Assembly (NCBI GenBank): GCA_017466375.1
Contig: JAFTUH010000040.1
Coordinates: forward strand, 15,069 to 79,068
Direction of reading: 5' to 3'
Length of the DNA stretch: 64,000 nt
Origin: Clostridia bacterium
GTDB taxonomy: Bacteria > Bacillota > Clostridia > Oscillospirales > CAG-272
Part shown: positions 18,716-27,960 of the stretch, in pieces
Layout: the number at the start of each line of letters is the position of its first letter
Numbering within the stretch: the stretch's first letter is position 1
The notes under the pieces: generated by a model
What the model saw: the letters and a program-made list of their open reading frames with translations, nothing else
Database searches by the model: none
What the model was told of the DNA's origin: nothing
Program-made: the position numbers and the translations under genes

Positions 18716-20614
18716 CTATGTTTCATCGGGATGCAGAAATTTGTATACGTTCACGCCGTCAGCTTCAGACAAACCGTGCACGGCGGCTATATCGGCGGGA
18801 GATGCCTGCCGCATGGCAGTCACCGTACCGAAATGGGAAAGAAGCGTCTTCGCCTTTGCGGGGCCGATCCCCTTCACCTTTTCGAGTGAGGAGGTGCGCA
18901 TCGTTTTCCGCTTCGCCGCCGTCATGCGGGACACCGTAAAGCGGTGGACTTCCTCCTGCAGATTATAGAGGAAACGGAATACGGCGTTATCGCGGGCGAC
19001 ATTGATCTCCTCGCCCTCGCCGACAAGCGTTCTCGTTTTGTGGTGCTCATCCTTGACCATGCCGAACACGGGAATATCGACACCGATCTCGCGCAGAACT
19101 GCACGCACGACAGCAACATGCGTCTCCCCGCCGTCCAGCAAAATCAAATCCGGGCGGACAGCATACGCGCCGTCCGTGTCGGAAAGGTGCGCCATCCGCC
19201 GCCGGATCGTCTCGCGCATAGATTCGTAATCGTCGGGCGCCCCCTCCACGGATCGGATACGGAAAAGGCGGTATTCGCTTTTTTTCATCTTACCGTTCAC
19301 CGCGACAACCATACCTGCGGTGATATGCTCGCTACCGAGGTTGGAGATATCGTACGCCTCGATACGTTCGGGCACCGTCTCCAGTTGAAGCAGAGACGCC
19401 AGCCGCACAAGCATGCCCGTGTCCTTCTCTTCCCGTTTCGCCTGATTCTCACCGTGCTCGGCGGCATCGCGCTGTGCCATGAGACAGAGCTTGCGGGCGT
19501 CGCCCCTCTGCGGTGTACGCACGGTTACGCGCCGTCCCGCTTTTCCGCTGAGATATCCCGACACAACGTCGTACTCCTGCGGCGGCAGATCGAACGAAAG
19601 CAAAACCTCCGAGGGGATATATTCACGGCTGTTGTACAGACCGATAATAAACGCACTGATCGGCGAATCGTCGAAAAGCGCCGCATCCGTATCCGCGCCC
19701 GAAACGGTGATCTCATCGGGGGAAAAGCGAAAATGCTCGCTGTCGGCAATATACCCTCCGCGCACGTAAAAGACGGCGGCCGCATCCCCCATCTCCGACG
19801 GAGCGAGCGCGATCACGTCACATTCATAGTCCGGGGCACCAACGACTTTCTGCGTTTCACCGAGCCGTTTCAGCGCCGCGATCGAATCCCGGCACCGTGC
19901 CGCCTCCTCAAAGCGAAGATCCTCCGCACACGCTTCCATACGCGCGGTAAGATCGGCAAGTGCCTGCCTCGTTCCGCCGCGCAAGATCTGCACCGCACAT
20001 TTGATGATCTCGGCGTATTCCTCCTCGCTGACATCGCCTGCGCACACACCGACGCACCGTCCCATCTGGCGGTACACGCACGGGCGCTCCTTGCCGATAT
20101 CGCGCGGAAATACTCTCTTGCACGACGGCAGACCGAGCGTCTGCTCCAGCGTACGGATCACAGAAAAGACCGTTGACACACCCGAATACGGGCCGAAATA
20201 CATGGCGCGGTCGTCCTCGCGCTTGCGCGTCATGGACAGTCTGGGATACGCCTCCCCCGTGCTGAGGCGGATATACGGATACGATTTCGCATCCTTCAGC
20301 TTGATATTATACTTCGGATTGTATTGCTTGATAAGCTGATTCTCAAGTGCGAGCGCTTCCATCTCCGTATCGCACGTGATGAAATCGAAATCCGCAACGC
20401 TCCCCGCCATACGCGAGGTTTTGATATCATGCGCGCCGTGGAAATACTGCGACACGCGATCTCTGAGCGAGCGGGATTTGCCGACGTAGATGACCTTGCC
20501 TGTCGGGGCGCGCATGATATACACGCCGGGCACACGCGGAAGTGCCGCCGATTTTGACCGCAGATGGGAGAGAATCTCATCCCGCGTCCTGCCGTCCGTA
20601 TAAGACAAAATCAT
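18716..20614 (-). CDS. uvrC: excinuclease ABC subunit C (UvrC)
   Basis: GIY-YIG motif (PGVYIMR...VIYVGKS), UVR domain, C-terminal helix-hairpin-helix. Start moved to ATG 20614 (MILSYTDG), preceded by GGAGGG. Confidence 0.95.
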   Translation of the reverse strand: MILSYTDGRTRDEILSHLRSKSAALPRVPGVYIMRAPTGKVIYVGKSRSLRDRVSQYFHGAHDIKTSRMAGSVADFDFITCDTEMEALALENQLIKQYNPKYNIKLKDAKSYPYIRLSTGEAYPRLSMTRKREDDRAMYFGPYSGVSTVFSVIRTLEQTLGLPSCKRVFPRDIGKERPCVYRQMGRCVGVCAGDVSEEEYAEIIKCAVQILRGGTRQALADLTARMEACAEDLRFEEAARCRDSIAALKRLGETQKVVGAPDYECDVIALAPSEMGDAAAVFYVRGGYIADSEHFRFSPDEITVSGADTDAALFDDSPISAFIIGLYNSREYIPSEVLLSFDLPPQEYDVVSGYLSGKAGRRVTVRTPQRGDARKLCLMAQRDAAEHGENQAKREEKDTGMLVRLASLLQLETVPERIEAYDISNLGSEHITAGMVVAVNGKMKKSEYRLFRIRSVEGAPDDYESMRETIRRRMAHLSDTDGAYAVRPDLILLDGGETHVAVVRAVLREIGVDIPVFGMVKDEHHKTRTLVGEGEEINVARDNAVFRFLYNLQEEVHRFTVSRMTAAKRKTMRTSSLEKVKGIGPAKAKTLLSHFGTVTAMRQASPADIAAVHGLSEADGVNVYKFLHPDET

Positions 20615-20632
20615 CCCTCCGTTCTCTGCAGA

Positions 20633-20669
20633 AATGAAAAGAGGCGAAAAGCATTCTCCGCTTTTCGCC
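20633..20669 (-). terminator. rho-independent terminator after ptsH
   Basis: Stem GGCGAAAAGC/GCTTTTCGCC (20643-20652/20660-20669), followed on the minus strand by TCTTTTCATTT. Confidence 0.6.
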
Positions 20670-20746
20670 GCGATTGGCACAAAGGCACAAGGCCGAGCTG
20701 TAAACCCGGCAGTTTCCTTACAGGTATCCCACCGAACGCGGTGCGA

Positions 20747-21010
20747 TCAGTCGTTGAATCCGGTATCGATGAGCTCGGCAAGACCGTCGAGCGCCTCGTT
20801 TTCATCGGTTCCGTCCGCAATCAGTGTGATCGTCATTCCTTTGACGATGCCGAGAGAAAGGACACCGAGCAGGCTCTTCGCGTTTACGCGTCTGTCCTCA
20901 CGCTCCACCCAAATGGAACTGCGGAAAGAATTTGCCTTCTGAATGAAGAACGTAGCCGGTCTTGCATGGAGTCCGACGCTGTTCTTTATAGTCACATCGC
21001 GAGAAATCAT
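20747..21010 (-). CDS. ptsH: phosphocarrier protein HPr
   Basis: GLHARPA (His15 site) and NAKSLLGVLSLG (Ser46 site). Start moved to ATG 21010 (MISRDVTIKN), preceded by AAGGAG. Confidence 0.9.
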   Translation of the reverse strand: MISRDVTIKNSVGLHARPATFFIQKANSFRSSIWVEREDRRVNAKSLLGVLSLGIVKGMTITLIADGTDENEALDGLAELIDTGFND

Positions 21011-21085
21011 ATTGTATGCTCCTTGGGTGCAAATATTCGTGGAATCTGCGCACATTTTTCGGGCAAATTCCGATAACTTACTTAC

Positions 21086-21114
21086 AGTATATCAAATTTT
21101 CCGCGCAAAATCAA
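21086..21114 (-). promoter_or_regulatory. candidate ptsH promoter
   Basis: Minus strand reads TTGATT (21114-21109), a 17-nt spacer, then TATACT (21091-21086). Confidence 0.45.
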
Positions 21115-21154
21115 TAGATTTTCTTTATTTTTTCATTTTTTCACAGTTTTATGT

Positions 21155-21200
21155 GGACAAAACGGGCATTTTGCAAACATTTTGCCGTGAGAATGCCCGT
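21155..21200 (-). terminator. probable terminator after the ABC ATPase gene
   Basis: ACGGGCAT/ATGCCCGT stem (minus-strand 5' arm at 21193-21200, 3' arm at 21162-21169), starting at the stop codon, followed by TTTGTCC. The T-tract is weak. Confidence 0.45.
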
Positions 21201-21922
21201 CAGTACATGCCTTCCGTCCGTTTATTGCCGGTCTGGTAATCACGGTGCAGCTTGAGTTCACCGTTATCCATACGGAAAATACGGTCGGCGTGATCGGCAA
21301 TCGACAGATCGTGCGTAACCATGACAAGCGTCTGTCCGAGCACGCGCTTCGTCTCCAGAAGGAGCTTCAGCACCTCATCGGCATTGGCACGGTCGAGATT
21401 ACCCGTCGGCTCGTCGGCAAAAACGATATCGGGCATATTGATCAGCGCACGGGCGATGGCGACTCGCTGCTGCTGACCGCCGGACAGCTCGCTCGGCAGG
21501 TGGTGCAGTCGTTCGCCGAGCTGCAAGGTCTCGACCAGTTTTCGGAGATTCTCCTGATAGCTCATATCGGGCTTGTTGCACATGACGGTAGGGATCAGGA
21601 TATTCTCCAGCGCCGTGAACTGCGGAATCAGATTGTGCCTCTGGAAGACGAAGCCCATATTGATACCGCGGAAGCGTGCCAGCTCGTCGGCGGACATTTT
21701 TGTGATATCCTCCCCGCGGATCTTGACCCGTCCCGCATCGGCGTTCAGAAGACCTGCGCAGATGTGCAGAAACGTACTCTTACCCGATCCCGACGTACCG
21801 ATGATGGCGACAAACTCGCCCGGCTCCACCTTGATCGACGCGCGGTTGACGGCGGTGACGACCGTATCGTACTGCTTATACTGTTTGATGACGCTTTCCG
21901 TCTGAAGCATATATTCAGCCAT
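21200..21922 (-). CDS. ABC transporter ATP-binding protein (MacB/LolD/FtsE-like)
   Basis: Walker A GTSGSGKST, signature LSGGQQQRVAIARAL, Walker B IVFADEPTGNLD. Lies downstream of the FtsX-type permease gene. Confidence 0.92.
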   Translation of the reverse strand: MAEYMLQTESVIKQYKQYDTVVTAVNRASIKVEPGEFVAIIGTSGSGKSTFLHICAGLLNADAGRVKIRGEDITKMSADELARFRGINMGFVFQRHNLIPQFTALENILIPTVMCNKPDMSYQENLRKLVETLQLGERLHHLPSELSGGQQQRVAIARALINMPDIVFADEPTGNLDRANADEVLKLLLETKRVLGQTLVMVTHDLSIADHADRIFRMDNGELKLHRDYQTGNKRTEGMY

Positions 21923-21937
21923 AATTTTGATCCTTTC

Positions 21938-24199
21938 TTATTCCTCACCGTCACCGGCGCCGCCGTTTTCCAGCGTATATCTCGATTTGATATACGAACG
22001 GAACGGCAGATAGGTGGAGAAGAATCCGCAGCCGACCGACACGACGATACTCGTGAGGATCGCGTACCACGGCATATAGAACTCGTAGCGGACGTATTCC
22101 TTTTCGAAATACGGCATGATGACGTTGAACACGTAGAACAGCCCGTAGCTGCTGAGATAGCTGAGCGCGATCGCCACGATGAGCGACAGCACCGCCATCA
22201 CCGTACCGCCCTGCAGATAGATCTGCCGTATATCCTTGACAGACGCGCCGAGCGACTGCAGAATATTGAACTCTTTTTCTCTCTTGAAGTAGTACAGCGT
22301 CTGCGAGAAGAACCACACAAGCGGGGAGATGCAGAGAATCAGCAGCGCGATGCAGATATAGAGTTCGGTATAATGCTTATCCGCCTCGATCGTGTCAAGG
22401 CTTAAGCGGTGTGTGTTGGAGATGTGCGTCTCGCCGTACAGGCGTCCCCACTCGCGCAGCTCCGCCTCGATGCGTGCCGTATCCTCGCTCGAAAGCGACT
22501 GATCGACGTGGATCTGCAAGGTCGTTGCATCTGCGCGCCGTCCGCCGGAGACGATTCTGTAATCGTCCGTATTGAAGAAGATCGGCATACTGCCCGAGGG
22601 GATGTTTTCAATGATCGCGCCGACGGTAAACGTGTAGTATTCGTGCTTGAAATACTCGATCTGATCCTTCAGCAGATTGCGTCCGGTCAGATTGGAATCG
22701 ACCTCGCGGATCTGCCCTGTTTTGACGCCGATCTGAATCGTGTCGCCAACCTCGAACTTATACGTCTTGATATTCGAAATCGAGTCGCCGATGATGACCG
22801 TTCCCGGCGTTGTGTAGATGCAGTTCAAATCGCCTGTGTATTTGTACTTTTCAAGCGTCCGGAGCTGTTCCTCCGTCATGCCGTAATAGACGACCTCGTT
22901 TGAGACGCGCTGGTATTCGACGGGATGGCGCTCGCTTTCGTAGACGACCAGATTCTTAAACGGCATGACGTTATCTACGTGCGTCAGCATATGCGAGCCG
23001 ATCTCAATCGCCTCGATGCTGTTATTCATGGCGCGCACCTCGGTGATGCCGTCGATGGCGTACAGCTCCTCGCTCATCTCGTCATCGTACGTAAACTCCG
23101 TCTCGGTAAGATTGACCGTGAACTGCGGACGCGGATAGTGCAGTCCCGTATCGTAAATCTCGGACAGATACAGTCCGCAGATAAACAGCGCGCAGAACAC
23201 GATCGCCGTTGTCAGAAGCTGGGCACTGTACTTGCGGAAACGCCAGATCGAATAAAACTCGTACTGTGTCGGGAATTTCTTGCCGAGCAGATTGATCGAA
23301 CGCATCGGAGAGGTGACGAGGTTGGAATTATCCTCCGTCACGATCAGCGTCATCGGCTGGCGGATAGACATAAGGCGCATCGGCATCCATACGGAGGCGA
23401 GCACGACGACCGTCCCGAACAGCAGCACGCCGAGGATAACCAGCCACGAGAATCGGAACGCAAAGCCCGACGGCAGGTAGATCAGATACACGGCAAGCGT
23501 GGAGAACAGCACGGACGGGATCAGCGTGACAAACGAGATCACGAACAACTCCCAGAACGCCGTACCGAACAGCTTTTTGAAATCCGCCCCGAACGTCATG
23601 TAGACGCCGTAGGTGAATTTATACTGATTGACGCGGATATTGTACAGTGCCGTGAGCAGGAAAATCGACACAGCGAGCAGCACAATCGTGATGAAAATGA
23701 ACGTCACGAGATTCTTCGCCGTGTTCTCCTCAAAATGCAGAAGCGGCGTAACGGCGATCATGAACGATTCCCCCGATTTGCCGAGCGATTTCAGATCGGG
23801 GATGTAATTTTCGCGGAAGCGTGCCTCGCTCACGTCCTTATCCTTCAGGAAAAAGAGGAAGAAATCAAACCGCTTCTCGGCGGACATATAGTTGAGGTTC
23901 TCCTCATAGCGGACGATCTTGAAGATCAGATCGTTTTTGAACACCGCACCCGAATCGTTGAATATGTAGTTCGCCTGGTCCTCGTTCAGATCGCGCAGTG
24001 CCATGTGGTAGTCGTACTCCGCCATGACGTGCTGATACTCTACGTCGTTATTGTTCGCATAGGACACAGCCATCAGACCGTAAAAAGACTGAATAATAAA
24101 CAGTGCCGCAAAAAAGCAGAGATACTGCTTAAAATTGAAAAATACGCTTTTGACAGCGATCTTCACGCTCCGTGTTAGATACTCAAACAATGCTTCCAA
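21938..24199 (-). CDS. ABC transporter permease, FtsX/MacB-like (two FtsX modules)
   Basis: 753-aa polytopic protein with two clusters of TM helices separated by a large soluble domain. TTG start at 24199 preceded by AAGGAG with a 6-nt spacer. Precedes the ATPase by 15 nt. Confidence 0.85.
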   Translation of the reverse strand: MEALFEYLTRSVKIAVKSVFFNFKQYLCFFAALFIIQSFYGLMAVSYANNNDVEYQHVMAEYDYHMALRDLNEDQANYIFNDSGAVFKNDLIFKIVRYEENLNYMSAEKRFDFFLFFLKDKDVSEARFRENYIPDLKSLGKSGESFMIAVTPLLHFEENTAKNLVTFIFITIVLLAVSIFLLTALYNIRVNQYKFTYGVYMTFGADFKKLFGTAFWELFVISFVTLIPSVLFSTLAVYLIYLPSGFAFRFSWLVILGVLLFGTVVVLASVWMPMRLMSIRQPMTLIVTEDNSNLVTSPMRSINLLGKKFPTQYEFYSIWRFRKYSAQLLTTAIVFCALFICGLYLSEIYDTGLHYPRPQFTVNLTETEFTYDDEMSEELYAIDGITEVRAMNNSIEAIEIGSHMLTHVDNVMPFKNLVVYESERHPVEYQRVSNEVVYYGMTEEQLRTLEKYKYTGDLNCIYTTPGTVIIGDSISNIKTYKFEVGDTIQIGVKTGQIREVDSNLTGRNLLKDQIEYFKHEYYTFTVGAIIENIPSGSMPIFFNTDDYRIVSGGRRADATTLQIHVDQSLSSEDTARIEAELREWGRLYGETHISNTHRLSLDTIEADKHYTELYICIALLILCISPLVWFFSQTLYYFKREKEFNILQSLGASVKDIRQIYLQGGTVMAVLSLIVAIALSYLSSYGLFYVFNVIMPYFEKEYVRYEFYMPWYAILTSIVVSVGCGFFSTYLPFRSYIKSRYTLENGGAGDGEE

Positions 24200-24220
24200 G
24201 GCTTTCTCCTTATTTCTCGT

Positions 24221-24652
24221 TCATCCGAACAGACTGTCAATATAGGTGATATCAAAGCGCATATTCACCGGCTCGTATTCGTACTCGCCGCAGAGAAAAT
24301 ACGGAGCGTATTCTCCCGTACCGACCACGATATACAAAGGCGGACGCGTATCCGTTTTGTCCGTCATCGCAAACGTGACGGTGTAATCGGCAGGCGTATC
24401 CGCCGCTTTTCTGCGCATACAGGGGATCCCGTCAAACGAAAGCATAAACAGCTCCACGTCCGTCCCTGTAAGGGTAATCTCCGCCCCGTCCGAGGCACGC
24501 GAAACGGTCACGGAATCAATGAGCGCAAGCATGGTGACCTCATCGACAGGGGCCGGCAGGACCTCCCCGAGCGTATAGGCGCGAAGCGAGACACACGAGG
24601 CAAGCAATACCGTCATCGCAAGGATCACCAAAAGGCAGGTAAACCGTTTCAT
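24221..24652 (-). CDS. small lipoprotein of unknown function
   Basis: Only the last 143 codons of track ORF 24221..26209 are credible. ATG 24652 is preceded by GGAGGAACGG. Signal peptide MKRFTCLLVILAMTVLLASC carries the lipobox LASC. Ends 21 nt before the permease gene. Confidence 0.7.
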   Translation of the reverse strand: MKRFTCLLVILAMTVLLASCVSLRAYTLGEVLPAPVDEVTMLALIDSVTVSRASDGAEITLTGTDVELFMLSFDGIPCMRRKAADTPADYTVTFAMTDKTDTRPPLYIVVGTGEYAPYFLCGEYEYEPVNMRFDITYIDSLFG

Positions 24653-24752
24653 TTCCGTTCCTCCGTAAAACAATAGGGGCAGTATACCATTATTATACAG
24701 CGGCACACGCGCCTGTGCAAGGGGGTGTTTGTGAATTTTTTTGCGTGGACTC

Positions 24753-24781
24753 TTTCCCAGCGGCACAATTTGTGATATAAT
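24753..24781 (+). promoter_or_regulatory. candidate polA promoter with extended -10
   Basis: TGATATAAT (TG at 24773-24774, TATAAT at 24776-24781). The -35 (TTTCCC) is weak. Lies 37 nt upstream of the polA ATG. Confidence 0.4.
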
Positions 24782-24817
24782 ATAGGATATAAAAGTACGG
24801 ACACGGGAGATTTTGTT

Positions 24818-27337
24818 ATGAAAACGCTTCTCGTCATCGACGGCAACAGTATTCTGAACCGCGCCTTTTACGGTATCCGCCCTCTTTCCACGAAAACGGG
24901 GCTCCCCACCAACGCCGTCTACGGCTTTATCACGATCCTCAAAAAGCACATCGACGCGCTTGCGCCCGACCGTATTCTCTGCGCGTTTGACCGCAAGGCA
25001 CCGACCTTCCGCCACAAGATGTATGACGGCTACAAAGCGACGCGCAAGGGCATGCCGGAGGAGCTTGCCATGCAGCTCCCGTACGCCAAGGAGGTTGCCG
25101 CGGCGATGGGCTGCTGCGTCGTCTCCATGGACGGATACGAGGCGGACGACATTCTCGGCACGGCCTCCGCAATGGCAGAAACGGCGGGCGATATGCACAC
25201 GTTCATCCTGACGGGCGACCGCGATTCCTTGCAGCTTGTCTCGGAGAAAACGACCGTTGTCCTCGTCAAAACGAAGGAAGACATCCTCTACACGCCCGAC
25301 GTTTTCCGCGCGGAGTACGGCATCACGCCTGCGCAGTTCGTGGACGTAAAGGCACTGATGGGCGATATCTCCGACAACATCCCGGGCGTACCGGGTATCG
25401 GTGAAAAAACGGCACTCAAGCTGATCGGGCAGGCAGGCTCCCTCGACGCGGTTTATGCAAATCTTGACGGGCTGGGGCTGACGAAATCCGTTACGGAAAA
25501 ACTGCGGACGGGCGAGGAAAGTGCACATCTGTCGCGCCGTCTTGCCGAGATCTTCCGCGCCGTGCCGATGGAAACGTGCCTCATCTGCACGGACTGCACA
25601 CAGGATCGCGCGAAACTGAACGAACTGTTTACCGAGCTGGAATTCACCGCACTCAAATCGCGGTTCTCCCTCACAGACGACGATACAGCCCCCGTACAGG
25701 CGACCGAGGAGATCCCCGCATTCATCCCGCTTGCCGAGGCAGGATCGCTTCCGGCTGAGGAGCCGATTGTCTGCGCGCTCACGGAGAACGGCGCTCTTGC
25801 CGCCGTCATCGGAGATACGCACGTCATTATCCCGGCGGATTCCGTAAAAGACGTTCTCGACGCACATCCCGTCGTTTGCCACGATTATAAAAAACTGTAT
25901 GCGGCACTGACCGAACGCGGCATCACACCGCAATGCATTTTCGACACGATGCTTGCCGCATATCTGCTCTCCCCCGGCGAGGGAAATTATCCCCTCACAC
26001 GCGTAGTGCCGCAGCATATCGGATGCGAGATCACGGAGTTTACCCCCGAGGCAGAGGCGCACTTTACCGCACGGCTGTATCCGATTCTGAAAGAGGAATT
26101 GGACAGGCACGGCATGACGGATCTCCTTTGTGAGATCGAAATTCCTCTTGCGGAAGTACTCGCGGAGATGGAAACCGCCGGCTTCACCCTCGACGCGGAC
26201 GGACTGCACGAATACATCACCGCTTTGCAGATCGCCGCCGAGGATCTCGCGCAGACAATCTATGAGGAAGCGGGCGCACCGTTCAACATCAATTCTCCGA
26301 AGCAGCTCGGCGAGGTGCTATTCGAAAAGCTCGGTCTGCCGCCGTCCAAAAAGACACAGCGCGGCTACTCGACCGATGCGGAAACACTGGAAAAGCTCCG
26401 TCCGTATCACCCGATCATCGGGCACATTCTCGACTACCGTCAGCTTGTGAAACTGACCGGCACGTACGGCGACAACCTGATCGCTCTGCGCGGCGCGGAC
26501 GGCAAGATCCACTCCCGCTTCAACCAAACGGGCACGGCAACGGGACGGCTGTCCTCGACCGATCCGAACATGCAGAACATTCCCGTGCGCGGTCAGCTCG
26601 GGCGCGAGCTCAGACGTTATTTCACCGCTACGGACGAAGGTCACATCCTGCTCGATGCGGATTATTCGCAGATTGAGCTCCGCCTGCTCGCCATTCTCTC
26701 GGGCGATAAGGCAATGCAGCACGCCTTTCTTACCGGCGAGGACATCCACCGCGCGACCGCGTCGCAGGTATTCCGCACGCCGATCGAGGAGGTAACGCCG
26801 GAGCTTCGCAGCCGTGCCAAGGCAGTCAATTTCGGCATTGTTTACGGCATCGGCGAGTATTCCCTCTCGCAGGATCTCGGCATCTCCCGCGCCCGTGCAG
26901 GCGAGTATATCCGCAGTTATCTGGACACGTATCCGGATGTGGAGCGGTATCTTGACGAGACGGTCGAGGCGGCAAAGCGGGACGGATACACGACGACGAT
27001 GTTCGCCCGCAAGCGCTTCATTCCCGAGCTGTCCTCGCAGAACAAAAATATCCGCGCGTTCGGCGAGCGCGTGGCGAAAAACAGCCCGATCCAGGGCACG
27101 GCGGCGGATATTATCAAGATCGCCATGATCCGCACGAGGGACGCACTCCGCGAGGCGGGTATCGATGCGAAGCTGATCTTGCAGGTGCACGACGAGCTGA
27201 TCGTGGAGGTTGCGAAGCGCGACCAAGCCGCAGCCGCAGAGATTCTCGGGCGCGAAATGGAGGGCGCGGTGTCCCTCGCCGTGCCGCTGACGGCAGAGGT
27301 ATCCGCAGGCGAGAACTGGTTTGAAGCGAAACAGTAA
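24818..27337 (+). CDS. polA: DNA polymerase I
   Basis: N-terminal 5'-3' exonuclease domain (LLVIDGNSILNRAFYG). Family A polymerase motifs DYSQIELRLLA and QVHDELIVE. Confidence 0.97.
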   Translation: MKTLLVIDGNSILNRAFYGIRPLSTKTGLPTNAVYGFITILKKHIDALAPDRILCAFDRKAPTFRHKMYDGYKATRKGMPEELAMQLPYAKEVAAAMGCCVVSMDGYEADDILGTASAMAETAGDMHTFILTGDRDSLQLVSEKTTVVLVKTKEDILYTPDVFRAEYGITPAQFVDVKALMGDISDNIPGVPGIGEKTALKLIGQAGSLDAVYANLDGLGLTKSVTEKLRTGEESAHLSRRLAEIFRAVPMETCLICTDCTQDRAKLNELFTELEFTALKSRFSLTDDDTAPVQATEEIPAFIPLAEAGSLPAEEPIVCALTENGALAAVIGDTHVIIPADSVKDVLDAHPVVCHDYKKLYAALTERGITPQCIFDTMLAAYLLSPGEGNYPLTRVVPQHIGCEITEFTPEAEAHFTARLYPILKEELDRHGMTDLLCEIEIPLAEVLAEMETAGFTLDADGLHEYITALQIAAEDLAQTIYEEAGAPFNINSPKQLGEVLFEKLGLPPSKKTQRGYSTDAETLEKLRPYHPIIGHILDYRQLVKLTGTYGDNLIALRGADGKIHSRFNQTGTATGRLSSTDPNMQNIPVRGQLGRELRRYFTATDEGHILLDADYSQIELRLLAILSGDKAMQHAFLTGEDIHRATASQVFRTPIEEVTPELRSRAKAVNFGIVYGIGEYSLSQDLGISRARAGEYIRSYLDTYPDVERYLDETVEAAKRDGYTTTMFARKRFIPELSSQNKNIRAFGERVAKNSPIQGTAADIIKIAMIRTRDALREAGIDAKLILQVHDELIVEVAKRDQAAAAEILGREMEGAVSLAVPLTAEVSAGENWFEAKQ

Positions 27338-27340
27338 AAT

Positions 27341-27376
27341 AAAGGCACCCGATCTGGTCGGATCAGGTGCCTTTTC
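27341..27376. terminator. bidirectional rho-independent terminator (polA / nitroreductase convergent pair)
   Basis: AAAGGCACC (27341-27349) pairs with GGTGCCTTT (27366-27374); an inner GATC/GATC pairing lengthens the stem. Confidence 0.7.
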
Positions 27377-27378
27377 GA

Positions 27379-27903
27379 TTATTTCACGCGAACGATTCTG
27401 GCCTCGATTCTTTCTCGTGCGCCGGGGATCGGGTCTGCCGGATAGCCGAGGATGCAGTTGCCGACGCCGACGAAATCGCCCTCCAGCCCCCATTCTTTGA
27501 GGAGAGCCTTTCCCTCGTCCGTCTCAAACATCTCCCGGGCACGGTGAATCCAACACGAGCCGATGCCAAGCGAATGGGCGGCAAGCATGAGATTCTGCAT
27601 CACAAGGCATCCGTCCTCGACAGCCGTGCGGGAGCGCGCGCGATCGACAAGCACGACGACCACGGTCGGCGCACCGTAAAACGGATCTCCGTCCTGCCTC
27701 ATGACAGCGGCATTCATGCGAGAGAGTTTATCTCTTGTCGCCTTATCCTCGACGGCGACCATATACGCGACCTGCCGATTCATTCCCGACGGTGCATACA
27801 GCCCCGCGTTCAGAATCGCGGACAGCTCCGCTTCGGTGATTTTCTCCTCTTTATACGAGCGGACGCTTCGCCGCTCAATCAGTGCGCGGATGACTTCGTT
27901 CAT
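27379..27903 (-). CDS. nitroreductase family protein
   Basis: IRALIERRSVRSY...APSGMNRQ nitroreductase pattern. Start moved to ATG 27903, preceded by GGAGGAAG. Confidence 0.88.
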   Translation of the reverse strand: MNEVIRALIERRSVRSYKEEKITEAELSAILNAGLYAPSGMNRQVAYMVAVEDKATRDKLSRMNAAVMRQDGDPFYGAPTVVVVLVDRARSRTAVEDGCLVMQNLMLAAHSLGIGSCWIHRAREMFETDEGKALLKEWGLEGDFVGVGNCILGYPADPIPGARERIEARIVRVK

Positions 27904-27960
27904 ACTTGCTTCCTCCGATGGTTCTGGATACAAATATTGTACCATCCGCGTCCGTCTCTG

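Noticed and set aside
20615-20746. LexA (Cheo) box upstream of uvrC
   Set aside because: Only an isolated GAAC (within the RBS region) is present, with no GTTC partner at 4-nt spacing. The region is better explained as the ptsH 3' UTR and terminator.
24653-26209. N-terminal ~520 codons of the 662-aa minus-strand track ORF
   Set aside because: It is antisense to polA and has no motifs. Only the last 143 codons (24221-24652), which have their own GGAGG RBS and a lipoprotein signal peptide, look real.
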